Below, piece after piece: positions 9,691-22,827 of a DNA stretch of 64,000 nucleotides. Source of the stretch: Amphiscolops sp. MND2022 (taxonomy: Eukaryota); assembly GCA_964187785.1 (NCBI GenBank), contig OZ076409.1, positions 37,574,001 to 37,638,000 on the forward strand. The letters are read 5' to 3'. The notes beneath the pieces are model-generated. The model searched no databases, was not told where the DNA came from, and saw only the letters and a list, made by a program, of their open reading frames with translations. The position numbers and the translations under genes are program-made. Within the stretch, counting starts at the first letter, position 1, and every line of letters begins with the position of its first letter.

Positions 9691-11334
9691 TAATCTTATC
9701 TAACCATTGTATAATTACCCCCCATTAACCATAATCCTTCCCAAATTCTACCCATAATTATTCTTGTAACCACAATATTATTTACTTCCATTGTATTGTG
9801 TATAGAACTTTAACATTATCTTACATAATTATCCACTTCAAAATACATTTTAATCCCCGTCTTTTTACAGAACACAAGTCCTACTTACAGCACAAGAAAT
9901 TTTCTAAGATTTTTGGACAAAAATTTTTCTTTTACAAAACATGTTTTACAACTTTCCTTTAACCCTCAAAAGCATTCCCAAAAAATTTTTTCAAAATTTT
10001 CTTTCGAACTCTTAAAAATTGTCACTTGTGAAAAATGTCACTTCTAGTTTTCAAATATTTGAAACTTGAAATAGCCAAAGTTTTTTTTTCAACTCTTGCT
10101 TCTGCTCTACTCTTCACTTTTGTTGAAAATGAACTCTCACTCCAACCTTGACTTTTCAAAACTTCTTCACTTTTGGTTCACATACCCGCCAATGTTGGTT
10201 CACAATTCATTGACAACTTCACGCTTTAATTCCTCAACTTGAAAAGTTTTCAATGCTGACTAACTCATGTTGATGAAACAAACTTTTTCAACAAGCCGAT
10301 GGCTGATACGTATGAAAAAGAAACATGAAAGAATAAATAGTTGTCAACAATAACTTCAAAGAACTTGTCAGTCAAAGAAACTGAAAGAACTTGAACCTGT
10401 TTGAACCTTTTTGCACCAATTGAATCGTCTATGACGTAAGAAGTCAAATCGTCTTAGGTTGTTCTCACTCCTTAAGTATGGTACTCTACAAAACGAAACT
10501 CATGCAACTGTAATACAACACATATGAAACAAACCCATGCACATAACAAAAACTTCTAGAACTCCTCAAACTCAAAAGTGCATATATGTAATTTTTATTT
10601 TTCAAATTCCCGGTTGATTGTGATGCCATGATGCATGTCCTCAAAGATTTTATAAATCTGAAATACTCTGAACTTTTAACAGAAGAAAATAGTAAATCTA
10701 ATTGAATCTAGAAACTAATTATTCTAGAAGAAACTTCATTTAATAGATCCTGTATCAAACTTCCCTGTTTCATCCTGTTGCTGTCACATTATTAATTGAT
10801 GCAACCTACCCTAGTTAATAAAATATATCTACTCGGAGAAATTGAGAATTCTTCCTAGCAATCAGTCTTCTTCCAGCACTTCAAGAACTGAGATCTCAGA
10901 AATAGATTGTACTCTGAACTAGCTAGCTACCAAGTATAAGATAAAATATAAGACGACTCTGCTGTTAAAATCTTAGACTTCTTATGTCAGTTCTAACTCG
11001 TATAAAAGAAACAACTACCAAACTTTTTAACAGCTCAAATGAAAGAAATCACAACGCAAAATGATAGCTTTGTTTACATGCAGTCCAAATTATTTGTTTA
11101 AAAAAAATAAGAGTTCAGTTCTTTTCTTACACTTTTGTATTTCTAAAGGTTCAAACAATCCTTAGTTGAAGATGTGATTATGTAACTCAAGCTTAATTTT
11201 AATTACTTAATAGAACATTTGAAAGAATTTAAGATTCTTGTTTAGAAATAAAAACGACTTCGAGGACGCAAATTTTCTTGCGGCCTGCCCATCTTGAGTA
11301 ACCCAAATAACTGAACGCGTTCGGGTTTTTGGGT

Positions 11335-11882
11335 CCCTAGTCGAGATTGCTTGAACTTTTCACATGCTGCATGGAAACACGCAGGCTAATTTTTTACAAA
11401 ACGTGGAAAATTCCTGGAGCCTGCATGGAAGCAATTTGTAGGATTACAATGCAGCCTCCACTATTTGAATTAAAACTGAAAACATTTCCACTTCTTCACC
11501 GCCGCGATCATTTTGTTTTCACGCGTAAGTTTCTCAAGTAAGTACCTTATGTTATCACCGTTAGTCAATTAGCACGCCGAATATGACGCTACTTTGAAAC
11601 TTATAATGTGATTGAAGAGTTTTTGCATTGAAATTGCTGTAAAATTGATGAAGGTATCAGTTGCTTTCAAAATTCGAACGGCGTCTTAATGGAACCTATT
11701 GAACTTTGCGGCGCAGAACTGCCGCTAACTTTAGGATGCATCTTATAGGCAGCTTCATAAAATTCCATCGAATCAGTGAAGTTTTAATGCATGGACGTTT
11801 CTTTGAGAATTTTATAAAATCATGAAAATTTAGCTTGGTAACATGCAAAAACGTGTAAAAAGTTCAAGCAGTTCCAACCAGG
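11335..11882. mobile_element. MITE with imperfect TIRs
   Basis: 5' CCCTAGTCGAGATTGCTTGAACTTTTTCACA versus 3' TGTAAAAAGTTCAAGCAGTTCCAACCAGG. Related fragments at ~44270-44420 and ~60230-60450. Confidence 0.65.
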
Positions 11883-13482
11883 CGATATTATATATAAAGA
11901 ACTAAATGCATCATTGCATTCTTATGAGATAGGTTCTCTTGCATTCTTATCAGAGAGATATTCTTTCAGAGATGTTTTACATCCACGAAACAATGATAAA
12001 GGCTGTATTCTTGACAACCATTCCGTGAATGTAAAACCATTCTTAGTAAGTGAAGACAGTCAATGACTTGAATCATACTTTTTTGAAGGAATGAAATCTT
12101 GGTTTATCATTTTCAAGTCTTGATTCCTGAGGGTTTTCTGAACTCATAGCACCTGCAATGACGTTACAAAGTGATAATCAGTTTCATGTCGTTAAAAGTC
12201 GATTAAAAAATTGACTCAATGAGTAAGCTGGTTGAAACTCAAGTCTTCGGTTTTTCCCAAGTTAAATGCCACGCAAGCAATTTGCTTGAAGGGGCTGAAC
12301 GAAAACAAGCTTGTGGAAATTTGCTGATCCATTAAGATGAAAACCCTCAAGATCTATAATGGTGAAATTTAAAGTCAAGAAGCAACTCCTTATACGGATG
12401 AATATGGGAAGTGCAGAAAACTATGGCGCCAAAGTTGTTAGAGAAACTTAAATTTTCAATTAAACGCATTCAATGATGGTCGCCACATAATTTGGTTCAT
12501 AGATGCAATGTCTATTTTAAAATTTTATCAATTTAAGTCGTATCGTAAAATTTTAACCTCAAATATTCGCTATCTAACTGGGCTGTGATAGTTCGGAGGA
12601 GTAATTTTCACTCTAGATTTTCTTAATCCATGAACTAAAAAGTTCGACTGCAGAAGTTTATTTTCTTATCTCAAATATTCTTAGCGAAAAATCTTCAATA
12701 TAAAATGAATTCAAAATACTGATTGTATGGCTCAGCCGTCCTCTTTCGGAGTACTTCACAGGTCATAAGGTCGGGTTGGCATTCGTTAAAAAACAAATTG
12801 AAGCAATAATATGCAACCCGGGTCGATCCTCCATCATGGATATGATCTTAGTAATATCGTAGAAATATATTATGTAGTGACTTGATAACCTATCATGTAA
12901 TAATTATCAACAATTATAATCAATCAATACAATCGATTAGGACTCACAGAATTGACAGATAGCTGAAATGACTTTCTTAGCTCACTTTTTCTAATGCAGA
13001 AATACTAATTACTGAAAACTCTTTTCTGCACAAAGCCTCAATAAGAGCTAGCTGAACAAATTGTGTGGGCGCTACCTCAAAAATCTGGAACTACTAACAA
13101 AGGAAACAGTGTTCAGTGAGTGGTAATAATTTAACGAGAACCATTTTGCACTAAATTAGAACATAGCAGTAAAAACATTTTTGTGCACATTACTTCATTC
13201 ACGTCGTTCAATTAACTGTCCGTGAACACTAACAAAAGGACGTATCGATCTTTTTTAAAAAAATCAAAATATATACGAGAAAGAAAAATCATTATCTCTC
13301 TTCTATAGAAAAACTCATTGGTATGTGTCAGGTCGTACAAAATGTTTTTTGAAATTTTTCTCCGTGGTCACCAAGATGATTGACGTTACAGGCTATTTTC
13401 CTTTTCACATCTATTAAAACTTTAAAACTGCAAAATTGAAACTCTCAGGTAACTTTACATACTTTCAGAGTCAATTAACATT

Positions 13483-13782
13483 TTGTCTGATGAATTGAAT
13501 GCAAGGTTTTCTTGGGAAACGGATTCGATGATGGACCTAATACAATCTCAGATCAATAGAGCAATAAGTTCTGCTATTAATGATAGAGTCATTCCTGAAG
13601 TACAAAGTATGATGGGAAGTTTGCCTTTGAATGGCAATGTCCCTGAGACGTGTACGTCCTTAAATGAGGATGGTATTGGTAATGCTTTGAAAAACAAAAA
13701 CACGAAATTTACAAGGAATGACTCAAGGTCCGCTCATGATCTCAGAGAAAATACGGACTTTACTCCTTACAGAAGTATGTAA
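13483..13782 (+). pseudogene. Probable retrotransposon gag/ORF1-like fragment
   Basis: Isolated open stretch with helical character (MDLIQSQINRAISSAINDRVIPEVQSMMG), no ATG start or partner exons. The assignment is tentative. Confidence 0.3.
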
Positions 13783-14689
13783 GAACACTCAGGAACGTCA
13801 CATATGAAACGTTTTTATACGCTTTGAAGACGCGTAGGGACTTGGAGAGTTCCTGGAGGTTACTCTGGAGCTCTAAAACAAAGTTCTTTCTCGACAATTG
13901 GAAATTACTTCCACTTTTCCGGCCCGAGGATGCCCATACAGGACACTTATGTACCAAAGAATCGGGAATATGAGTTCCCACGAAAAAGTGGAAGTAATTT
14001 CCAATTCATACCAATTCATATACGGGTATTTTCCCAGTTCTTGCTCCTTTGCCGGATGTTACATCCACAAAGAAATATGAATTCAAGGACAAAAAAATTA
14101 GCTCCTAAGCATACGGTTCAAATAAGACATTTGTTTTCTAATTTGTTTGATATTTTTGGCTAATTTTATTTCATTTTAGGCTCTTTTTCACATCGAAAGT
14201 TTAAACTTTTTATGTAAATTTTGAATGTATCCATATAGGCACAACTTTATTTCTTACGCACTAGCCTTAAAAGAATGTTGTTGCTAAAACAATGTAGTGC
14301 ATAAAATATCCCGGTGTGCCTTACTTAATAAAAATAATTTTTAATGAGTACATAAAGCTGTGATGTTTTTTCAAACTAATTGCATTTTGTCTTTAAATTC
14401 ACTCTTATAAGCGTATGGACAAACAGTCATAATAGCTATAGTTAGCTGTGCCATTTTCCAGACATTATACATGTAATTCACAAGTTTATTTTTCAAGGCC
14501 ATGGCGTAGATTAGTAGAGTTCGACTCGGAAGTTTATTGGCACTTTGTGAAGAAGTGCAGGAAAACGAGACTTTAGAGTCTTGTGAAAGCCTGCTTTACA
14601 CACGGAAAGATTCGCTGAGTGCCTGTTTTTGTGCAGGTTCAATACAGTGGCACAATGTTGGACAAATCATCAGCGAGGCGCTAATTATG

Positions 14690-17500
14690 ATTTTCCGTCC
14701 ATATTTCATATAGAAAAGGAAAATATTTAAATCAAACGGTTTTTTTTACAAAATGTGTGCCAAGTACCAAATTTATATCCAAGCTAAAGAATTTCACCCA
14801 TAAAATTCAACTTACGTAAAATTTGTATCATACGGTATGTATTTGTAGAGATTTTTTGATTTTTTGAGTATCCCCAAAGCCCCCAGAATAGGCCAAAAAT
14901 GACGACAAAAATAGTAAAAACTTCAAAATTTTCCAATTTTTGACGTTTTTATGCAACTTTTGTCAATTTTTCGATAAATTTCGTGGCTTAGATTGTTGAG
15001 AACGTTCAAAAGAGAAAAATTTCGTTATCCAAGAGGCTTTGTTGAAGGAATAAATGCAATTGTTCAATGGAAAAAAAGCCTCAAATTGAGACGGAAATTG
15101 AAAAAACTTCCAAGAAATTCAGATTTTCAACGTTTTAATGCAATGTTTGTCAAATTTCTGATACACTTGCTAGCTTAGAATGTTCAAAAGGTTCAACAAC
15201 TAGAGAATTCGTTGTCTAAGAGGCTTCTTCGAAGAGATAAACACAATTTGTTTCGAAAAAATGTCTCAGATTCAGACCGAATTTAACAAAAATCCCAAAA
15301 ATATCAGATTTTTGAAAAAATCATGCAATATTTGTCTATTTCTGGAAAAACTTGATGACTTGGAATATTAAAGACGTGCAACAAGGAACAAATTCTTCGA
15401 CTGGGAGGCTTTTGTTCAGTAATAAAAGAACTTTTTTTGATTAAAATATTTAAAATGCGACGAAAAATGGCAAACACTCCCTCAATTTCATGAATCAGAA
15501 CGTTGGAAATGTTCAACAACGAATGAATTCGTTCCCCCAACGAAGTTGTTTGGGGAGAGAAAAGCAGTTTTATAAAAAAAATGCCACAATGTTCAGAAAA
15601 TAGTCAAAAAGTCCAATTTTCGATTTCCAATGCAATTTTTGTCAAATTTTTGACGTTCGCATAGATTAGAACTCTGAAAATGTTCAACAACAATTGAATG
15701 CGTTGTCCAATAGTCTTTTTGGTGGTATAAGTGACTGTCTCTGATGAAAATGAGCTTTATTCTGACACAGAAATTGTCGGAAATCGAAATATTTTCAGTG
15801 TATGTAGCTTCTTCATGTTATTTGAGTACAATTTTTAAAGGTGTTTGTGAGTTAGAAGGTTCAAAACAAAAAAACGAATATTTTGGATATGTAATTTTGT
15901 TGATGAAAAAATTACAGTGTTTTACATCAGAAATATTTCAAAACGACACAAGTGAGTCGAAATTTAAAATAGAAATTTCTAACGTTTTTGTGCAAAAGTC
16001 TGTGAATTTTCGAAACGTATCGTGGGTTAGAATAAAAGAATGGTTCAACAACGAATGCATGTTGGAGTTTGTGGGAGGTAATTGCTGATTTGTGTTCGGA
16101 AAATGTCTAAATCTGAACCAAAAATTGATTAGAATATCGAAAGGTTATTTTTTTGACAACTCTTGTGATTGTTCGTGAAACTACGGGATCCTGAATCTCC
16201 AGACGATCTATCCAGCTTTACAGTATGTCTTTTGAAGTAAAACTTTGTAGTTTACTAGATAGAACATTGTGTCAGAGTGACCCAAATGAGTCTAAAATCC
16301 GAAACTTTTCTGAAAAACGAATTTTATTGGAAAGTTCGTAAATTTCGTATGTTAGAAGAGTGAAAACATTCAACAGGAAACTATCGCGAAATAGAGTAGA
16401 CTTTTTGAATATCAATTGCAGTTACATGTTCGAAAAGACCCTCGAAATGACGCCATTATAACCAAAAATTCAAAAGTTTCCAGAACTTTTGACGTTTTTA
16501 ACCCATTTTTTTGACATTTTGACAGACTAGTAAATGTTTTGAAAAAATAAATGCGAGTTATTAGAAGAAACATGCCTCAATTTCACCCCAAAATATCAAA
16601 ACCCGAAATTTTACAGTTTGTTGTTTTTCCTGCAGTTTGTGAACAATTTTTGATACTTTTTGCAATCAAGAAAATTCAATGCACTGAAAAACGAACAAAC
16701 TAGCTGTACAGTATGCTGTTCTGAAGAGGGAGTTGCAGTATTTAGCTTAAAAATTACTCGAAAACAGCCCTGATGAGTCGGAAGTGAAAAATTTCAAAAT
16801 GAACGTTTCATAGGCAAAGTCCTGAAATTTTTGTGTAATTCACACTGTTGGAAAACGTTCAACTGCGATCGAATGCGTTATTCAGTAGGCCTTTTGGAAG
16901 TCAATTGCAGTTTCACGTAGGATAAGAGTCTCAAAATGACCTCAAAAGTCTGTTGTTTGTCAAATAAGTTAATTCTTATCAAACGTTGTCAAAGTTCCGT
17001 AATTTTCAAAAAATCCAATAGGCATGCAGAACGTTGATAGAGACAAATCACAATTTTGTATGTAAAACGTTCGTCACTTGAAAAAAGTGAAAATTTTTTG
17101 TAAACATTTTGATTAATTTTGTTATTCAAGAACGACTGGATCAGTCATCCAGTAGGCGTTTTTGAAAAGAAATATTCAATTAATTAGAAAAGTTCTTGAA
17201 TGACCGCTAAGGTGTCAAAAAAGAAAAATTTTGCAAATTTTGAAGTTTTTGGCGACTTTTCACAAAATTGAAAAAACTGGTTATGTTTTGGTATACGCAC
17301 ATGCCGACAAAAACAAAAACATGTTTTCGGTGTGTTCTCGAAGTGCTTTCTTCTGAAAAAGGATGTCATTATTCAAAAAGTGTCAAAACTTTAATCATCT
17401 TCTTTGCGTTTTCACAGTGAAATGGCTACTCTTGAGTCCAAAAATAATGTCATTGCTACAACAGTTTGACGAAAAATATCCTGCTGGTCAGCGAGCGTCA
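14690..17500 (+). repeat. Large interspersed non-coding repeat with internal ~180-bp degenerate tandem units
   Basis: Reverse-complement copies at ~32845-35580 and ~38467-41202 (shared end TTTCCGTCCATATTTCATAT and internal GACGCTCGCTGACCAGCAGGATAT). Confidence 0.75.
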
Positions 17501-17569
17501 GCAATGAAAGAGTGAACCTTGCGAGAGGCCCATATGGTTGAGTTTTTTTCGCAGATTCCGTAACATGTG

Positions 17570-18580
17570 CCTAATTTTCGACCTTCCGAGGCAAATTTCT
17601 CAAATCCTGAATAGATATGGATACCGTTTTCGATAACAGTTGCGCAAGAACGTGGGGGTCCTGTTCTCCAAAAAATAATTTAAAAATGGAAATTTTGTTT
17701 TTTGCAAAAAAGTTTTGAAAAAACCCAAGTTTTGAGTGTTTTTCACATTTGATCCGTGTATCTCAGAAGCCGACTGAATACAGAGTCCGTGGTTACAGAG
17801 TCCGTGGTCCGTGCACAAGCATTTTATAGGCTACATTTTAGCCTAAAGATGACCTCAAAAATTTTTCAATCCTAGTTGTTTTTTTTTGGCAAAAAGGGAT
17901 GAAAAAAAGCCGAATTTTTCCTCATTTGTAGCTAATTTTTCTCAAAACTGATAAGAGATACAGAAACAGCTCTGCCTCAAGAAGTACAGCAAGGATGTAG
18001 GCTAAGTTTTTTTAATACCAAAACGTTTCTGTCATCAAGTATGACGCTTTCGTTTTTCTGCCAAAAACATTTTTTTCGTATTTTTCTTAGTTTTTTTCCA
18101 CTTGAGCTCCTATATCTCCTGACCAAGACGGAATACGGAGTCCATAATTTCGTAATATGTACGAGGATTCTGTAGGCTACGTTTTAGACTAAAAGTGACG
18201 TCGAACATTTTTTTCGTTCTGGTTTTTTGGACGAATAAAGGGATGAAAATTTTTTTCCAATTTGTAGTTGATTTTTTCTCAGAACTGAAAATGGATATGG
18301 AAAACATTCTCTCTCGGAAAGTACGACAAGGAAGTGGGCTAATTTCATACCATCAAAGGTTCCGTCATGAAGTTCCTTCGTTCGTCGGCCAAAAATACTT
18401 TTTCTCATTTTCCCAATTTCTTTTTGCGTTTTCTCAATTTTTTGTCAAAATCCCTCTTCTGAAACTAGAAAAATTCAAATGGGTTTGGGATTTGGAATTC
18501 ACACAAATCCTAGCACCTTCTACACGCCATCAAAGTGTCTGGTCGAAATCAAGCGTGGCATGCCACTGTGCCTATTTCTT
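17570..18580 (+). repeat. Interspersed ~1-kb repeat
   Basis: Diverged reverse-complement copies at ~36360-37370 and ~41985-42995. Confidence 0.7.
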
Positions 18581-18992
18581 TAAATTAGAGAAAAGTTTGG
18601 GAAACAAGCCGGGACGGACTGAAATCGGTGCCACGCTCAAGCCTCAAAAAACGCAACGTACTTCAAATTCTTTGACAACATGTGTGAAAAAACGCCTCAA
18701 CATCTCACATTTTAAAAAATCAAAAGCAGGATCCTCTGAGATTTACAAAGACTTTTCTTTTTGCAAATATCAGAAAAAAAACAAAGGAAAAACATTTTAG
18801 GTATTAAAAACTTTTCGAAAAACCGCAGTATAAATATGTTCCGTTTCTAACAACTCAGTTCACTTATAGAGAGGTGACTTTGAATCTCATCAAAAAATCC
18901 GACTTTATTGAAAAAGTTCAATAGCAACTGGATTAGTTGTATCCGCATTTTATGTTACATTCGAAACTTTCCAGACTATGCGGGCTATACCT

Positions 18993-19512
18993 AACAAGAC
19001 GGGAACGTCTAAAGTCGGCGCTATATCTAAGGCTCAAAAGGCACAGTTTTTATGATTAAAAGAGCCCTACTATTACTGTCACTCGTTTTTTTTATTTAGG
19101 ACAGACTCGAAGCAACGAACGTTAACGTTCAACTAAAGGAAACTAGATACCAGGGAAACGCATGTAAATTATTTCAAAGGATCCCCCCTTTGGTTTTTTA
19201 CTTTTTAAACGTTACCTACAAGCCCGGACGGGACTAAAGGGTCCCCCCTTTTGATTTTTTTCGGCACTGTGCGACTTTTTTTCGAAATTTTTCTAATGTC
19301 CCCAAAGGGTCCCCCCTTTGAGTTTTTTTGTAATTTTGCTACAGAATGCGTGTTTATAAATCAAAAACGGTCCCCCTTTTACATTTTTCGGCACTGTGCG
19401 ACATTTTTCGAAAGAAGTTTTTTTTCGAAAATTTCAAGTTTTTTCCAAAAAAAATGTTTTGCGTTTTTTGAGCCTTAGATATAGCGCCGACTTGAGACGT
19501 TCCCGTCTTATT
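18993..19512. mobile_element. MITE with ~45-bp TIRs
   Basis: AAGACGGGAACGTCTAAAGTCGGCGCTATATCTAAGGCTCAAAA ... TTTTGAGCCTTAGATATAGCGCCGACTTGAGACGTTCCCGTCTT. Related ends at ~18603, ~23491-23527 and ~31055-31268. Confidence 0.8.
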
Positions 19513-20029
19513 GAACCTCCGCCTCCTCCCTAATAAAATGCAATGCAGTTCGGATATAACGTCAATAACGGAAAAATTGAAAGAAGGAAAACCCTTCAGA
19601 TTCGTGCGGTTTTGTATGTTACGTTTAAAAAGTAAAATGTCGAAGGGTGGACCCGCGTTTCCCAAGTATTCGTTTAGTTGAACAAACTGAACAAAAATTT
19701 TGTCGCATTCAAGATTGTCATGAAGAAAAACAGAAACTGAAAAAACGAATGACTTTAATAGTCGGGCTCTTTTATTATATAAAATGCCTACTAAAAATTA
19801 GGATTGCATAATTTAATTTCTACGAAGAAATGTTGAGATTGATCGCATGCAAATATGTCTAGCGAAACGCAAAGAAAAAAATAGCTTTAAATTTCTTCAT
19901 ACGATATATCTGAAAACGAATGTTCGATGTCCTAGTGTTTTTTTCTCAGGACTTCTGAATCATCACTGCTGGAGGCCTGCATACATGGCAATTTTGGCAA
20001 TTAACAGAGAACCTAAAAAGCTAAATACG

Positions 20030-21771
20030 CCCGTACTGATAACCCATGGTAACCCACCACTGGCCATCGGTGGACCACCGGTGACCACCGGTGACCACCG
20101 GTGTAGGCAATTTTGAAGAATCAGTCACCTGTGGATTTTTTTCTCAACAAAATGAATTGGGAATTATGGAAAATTCTTGAAAATTAATATTTCATTATGG
20201 AATCCGAAAGTTATTTAAATTTTCAAAAATTTACTTTTGCACTCAAGAAGTTCTGCAGCAATTAAGACTATTTTGGCACCGCGTGTACGCGAGTCGCGAT
20301 GTAGGCAATGCAGCAGAACAAATATAGCTGTGGCAAAACAAACAAATTACAAAAGCTGATAGCGCAGAGGGAAATGCTGGAGTGTCAACAAAATTGATAC
20401 AGGTTCGCGTCACGATTTCTGCAATATTTTGTATACATTATGAAATTTTTCCCCACCGGTGGCCACTGGTGGTCCACCCTGGCCACCACAAAATGTGTTA
20501 TGGCCACCGCGGTGGCCACCGGTGGGCTGCGATGGCAACCCATGTTGAGCACTCCCTGCGAATCTGTACAGATCTGCACAGATCGTGACAGATATTCCAG
20601 GGTTGTTCGAAAATTGAATAGTCATAAATTCAGTTTTCGAAAAAGAAATTAGTTGGTTGAAAAGTGCTCTACGAAAAAAAACACACCTCTTATTTGAAGT
20701 TTTAAAAAAGTTTCTCTGCGAATCTGTACATATCTGTACAGATCCTTGCAGATATTCCAGGATTTGTTGAAAATTAAGACCCTGAACTTTCTATATTCTT
20801 TTGAAAATTACCCTGTGCATTTCCATGCAGCATGTGAAAATTTCTTGTAATTTCAACTGGGGGTGGTTCATAGCGGTGGGTAAAGGTGGCAGAGCAGGTC
20901 AAAAAAGCTACCTCAAGCAATGTTATAGTCAAAACAGCTACAAGGCAGTGTGCCTGAATCTTACCTCTTTTTCACGTTCATTCTGAAAATGGAAAAACAG
21001 GTTTGTACATTGATACTTTGTACGCACAAGAACCAAGATACGAAAAATGGTAGATACAGATGAATTTCGGAACGAGTGAAGCAAAACCCATGTTGAGCAC
21101 TCCCGCGAATCTGTACAAATCCTGACAGATATTCCAGGATTTGTCAAACATTAGCCAAACGAAAATGAAATGACCAATAAATTACTATAACGTATTCCGA
21201 GTTTCCAGCAACTACTAAAACTATTCCAGCAAATTATGTTTCCGAAGTATTACAACCACAGCACTCTATCAACACCTCTACTAACCCAGAAGGTTGTCAC
21301 ATGTGAAATTTCATTCGTCAAAACGAAGTCAATATGGCAAACGAGCCTCTCAAAGTTGAAAAACCACTTCTGGAAAGTTCAAGTGAAATGGATAAATTAC
21401 AGTGTATAACCAACACCGAACATTCCCCAGACACCAAAATTACCGTGATGGGGACAAGATATCCTGCTCAAGAATTTTGAGTGATGGAGAGTTTCAACTG
21501 ACTGAGCCTTGGTCAGCAAAAATGTCTACTGAAGAAGCTAAAAAATGAAATCCATAGTTTCACTAGAAGGTCCGGAAAAATTTTCTAAGAAATCTATAGA
21601 GAAAATCTTTGAACATCTTTGCAGATCTGCAGTTATCCTTACGTAGCAGTGGCACGATCTTTACAGATCCTCAAGGAAAATTGGCGCACAGATCTTTACA
21701 GATTCTCAAGGAAAGCTCAACATGGGAAGTGCGGTGGCCACCGGTGGGTTACCCTGGGTTGTCAACACGGG
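20030..21771. mobile_element. Composite non-autonomous DNA transposon with CCC..GGG termini
   Basis: TIR CCCGTACTGATAACCCATGGTAACCCACC / GGTGGGTTACCCTGGGTTGTCAACACGGG; CCACCGGTGG subterminal palindromes. The internal part is related to the 59135 and 61098 elements. Confidence 0.7.
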
Positions 21772-22534
21772 TGCTGCCTGTGATAAGTCTGGTTGGATTT
21801 TTCTACTTAATCGGAAACAATACTTTTTGTCTGTCAATGTCATCACTCTGTTTTCAATTGTGCCTTGCTGTGATGTGATTACCGTTTTTCATACAAGACG
21901 CTGAGAGTGACGCTTGGTTTAATTGTTACTGAAGTTACTTTGTTTTGATGATAATAAATATTTTGAGAATAACGTTACAAGTCGGAAATTTTTATTGTTA
22001 AATATTCTTTAATAGAAAACAGCGGTATTATTGTTCAATCTACTAAAAAAAACGCTGGCAACTCGAACCCATGATTGATGGCAAAAAGTAAAATCAAACT
22101 GATGTCGCGTCGAAAATTGTGATCTAGTGCGTTTTCAAATCGTTATATACGTTATAGCAGAAAACATTTCTATTAGTTTGAAAAAAGTTTTTTGTTTTTG
22201 ACGTTTCAATCTAAGAAAAAGCACCTATAAATCCAAAGGCATCACCTTTGGCTTTTATCACTGCGATTTACTTTGAATTTTTTTCATCAAAACGTTCTTT
22301 GCTTTTTGACATTTTCAGTTAGGAAAGAGCATGTTAAAGAACAAAGGCTATATTTCGAAACTGACAGAGCTTTTACTAAAAGCAGTCTTCCAGTGTATTT
22401 GAAAGGCTTGGAGATTTTTTAATGATGCTTCCAGATAGAAAACTTTTTTGGACTCAAAAGGAACTCAAAGAAAACTCAAATATATGGTATGAGCGTATAT
22501 AGTTCAATATATATTTAATGTTCAAAATGAAAAA

Positions 22535-22607
22535 TGGTCCTGGTTGGGATTCGAACCCACGTACTCCTGTTTCCAAACCAGGGGCCCCAACTACTAGATT
22601 AACCGGC
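22535..22607 (-). pseudogene. tRNA-derived sequence (tRNA-Pro-like pseudogene or SINE head)
   Basis: Minus strand has B box GGTTCGAATCC and an anticodon-like arm CCTGG-TTTGGAA-ACAGG (TGG), and ends CCA followed by TTTTT. Acceptor and T stems pair imperfectly. Confidence 0.5.
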
Positions 22608-22827
22608 AAGTTCGCAGCAAGTAGTGCCAGGCTGAAAAATTTGGGAAAAAGATTTTGAAAGAAAACGCTGCTAAAACTAAAGTTTTAATTTTCTCAAGCA
22701 AATACCAGTGGCCAATTTGAGATGATTGTGGATGGATTCATGTGACGTAATCAAACGAAGGCCGTGTAGGGAAAAAAATTCCAAAAACTGGCTGACCAGA
22801 TAGTTATTTCAACTTAATGTGGACAAT

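Larger units (their letters stand above)
1..11290 (+). mobile_element. Ty3/Gypsy-type LTR retroelement / endogenous virus with env and accessory ORFs (5' part outside window; 3' end approximate)
   Basis: Pol with RNase H then integrase (Gypsy order), followed by four more same-strand ORFs including a Cys-rich TM glycoprotein. The + strand is uniformly G-poor and C/A/T-rich from 1 to ~10.3 kb, unlike the flanking DNA. A CGAGGACG-type 3' motif lies at ~11260. Confidence 0.88.

Noticed and set aside
18195..18800. 201-aa ORF
   Set aside because: Lies in an interspersed repeat, is Phe/Lys-rich from A/T runs, and is not preserved in the inverted copies.
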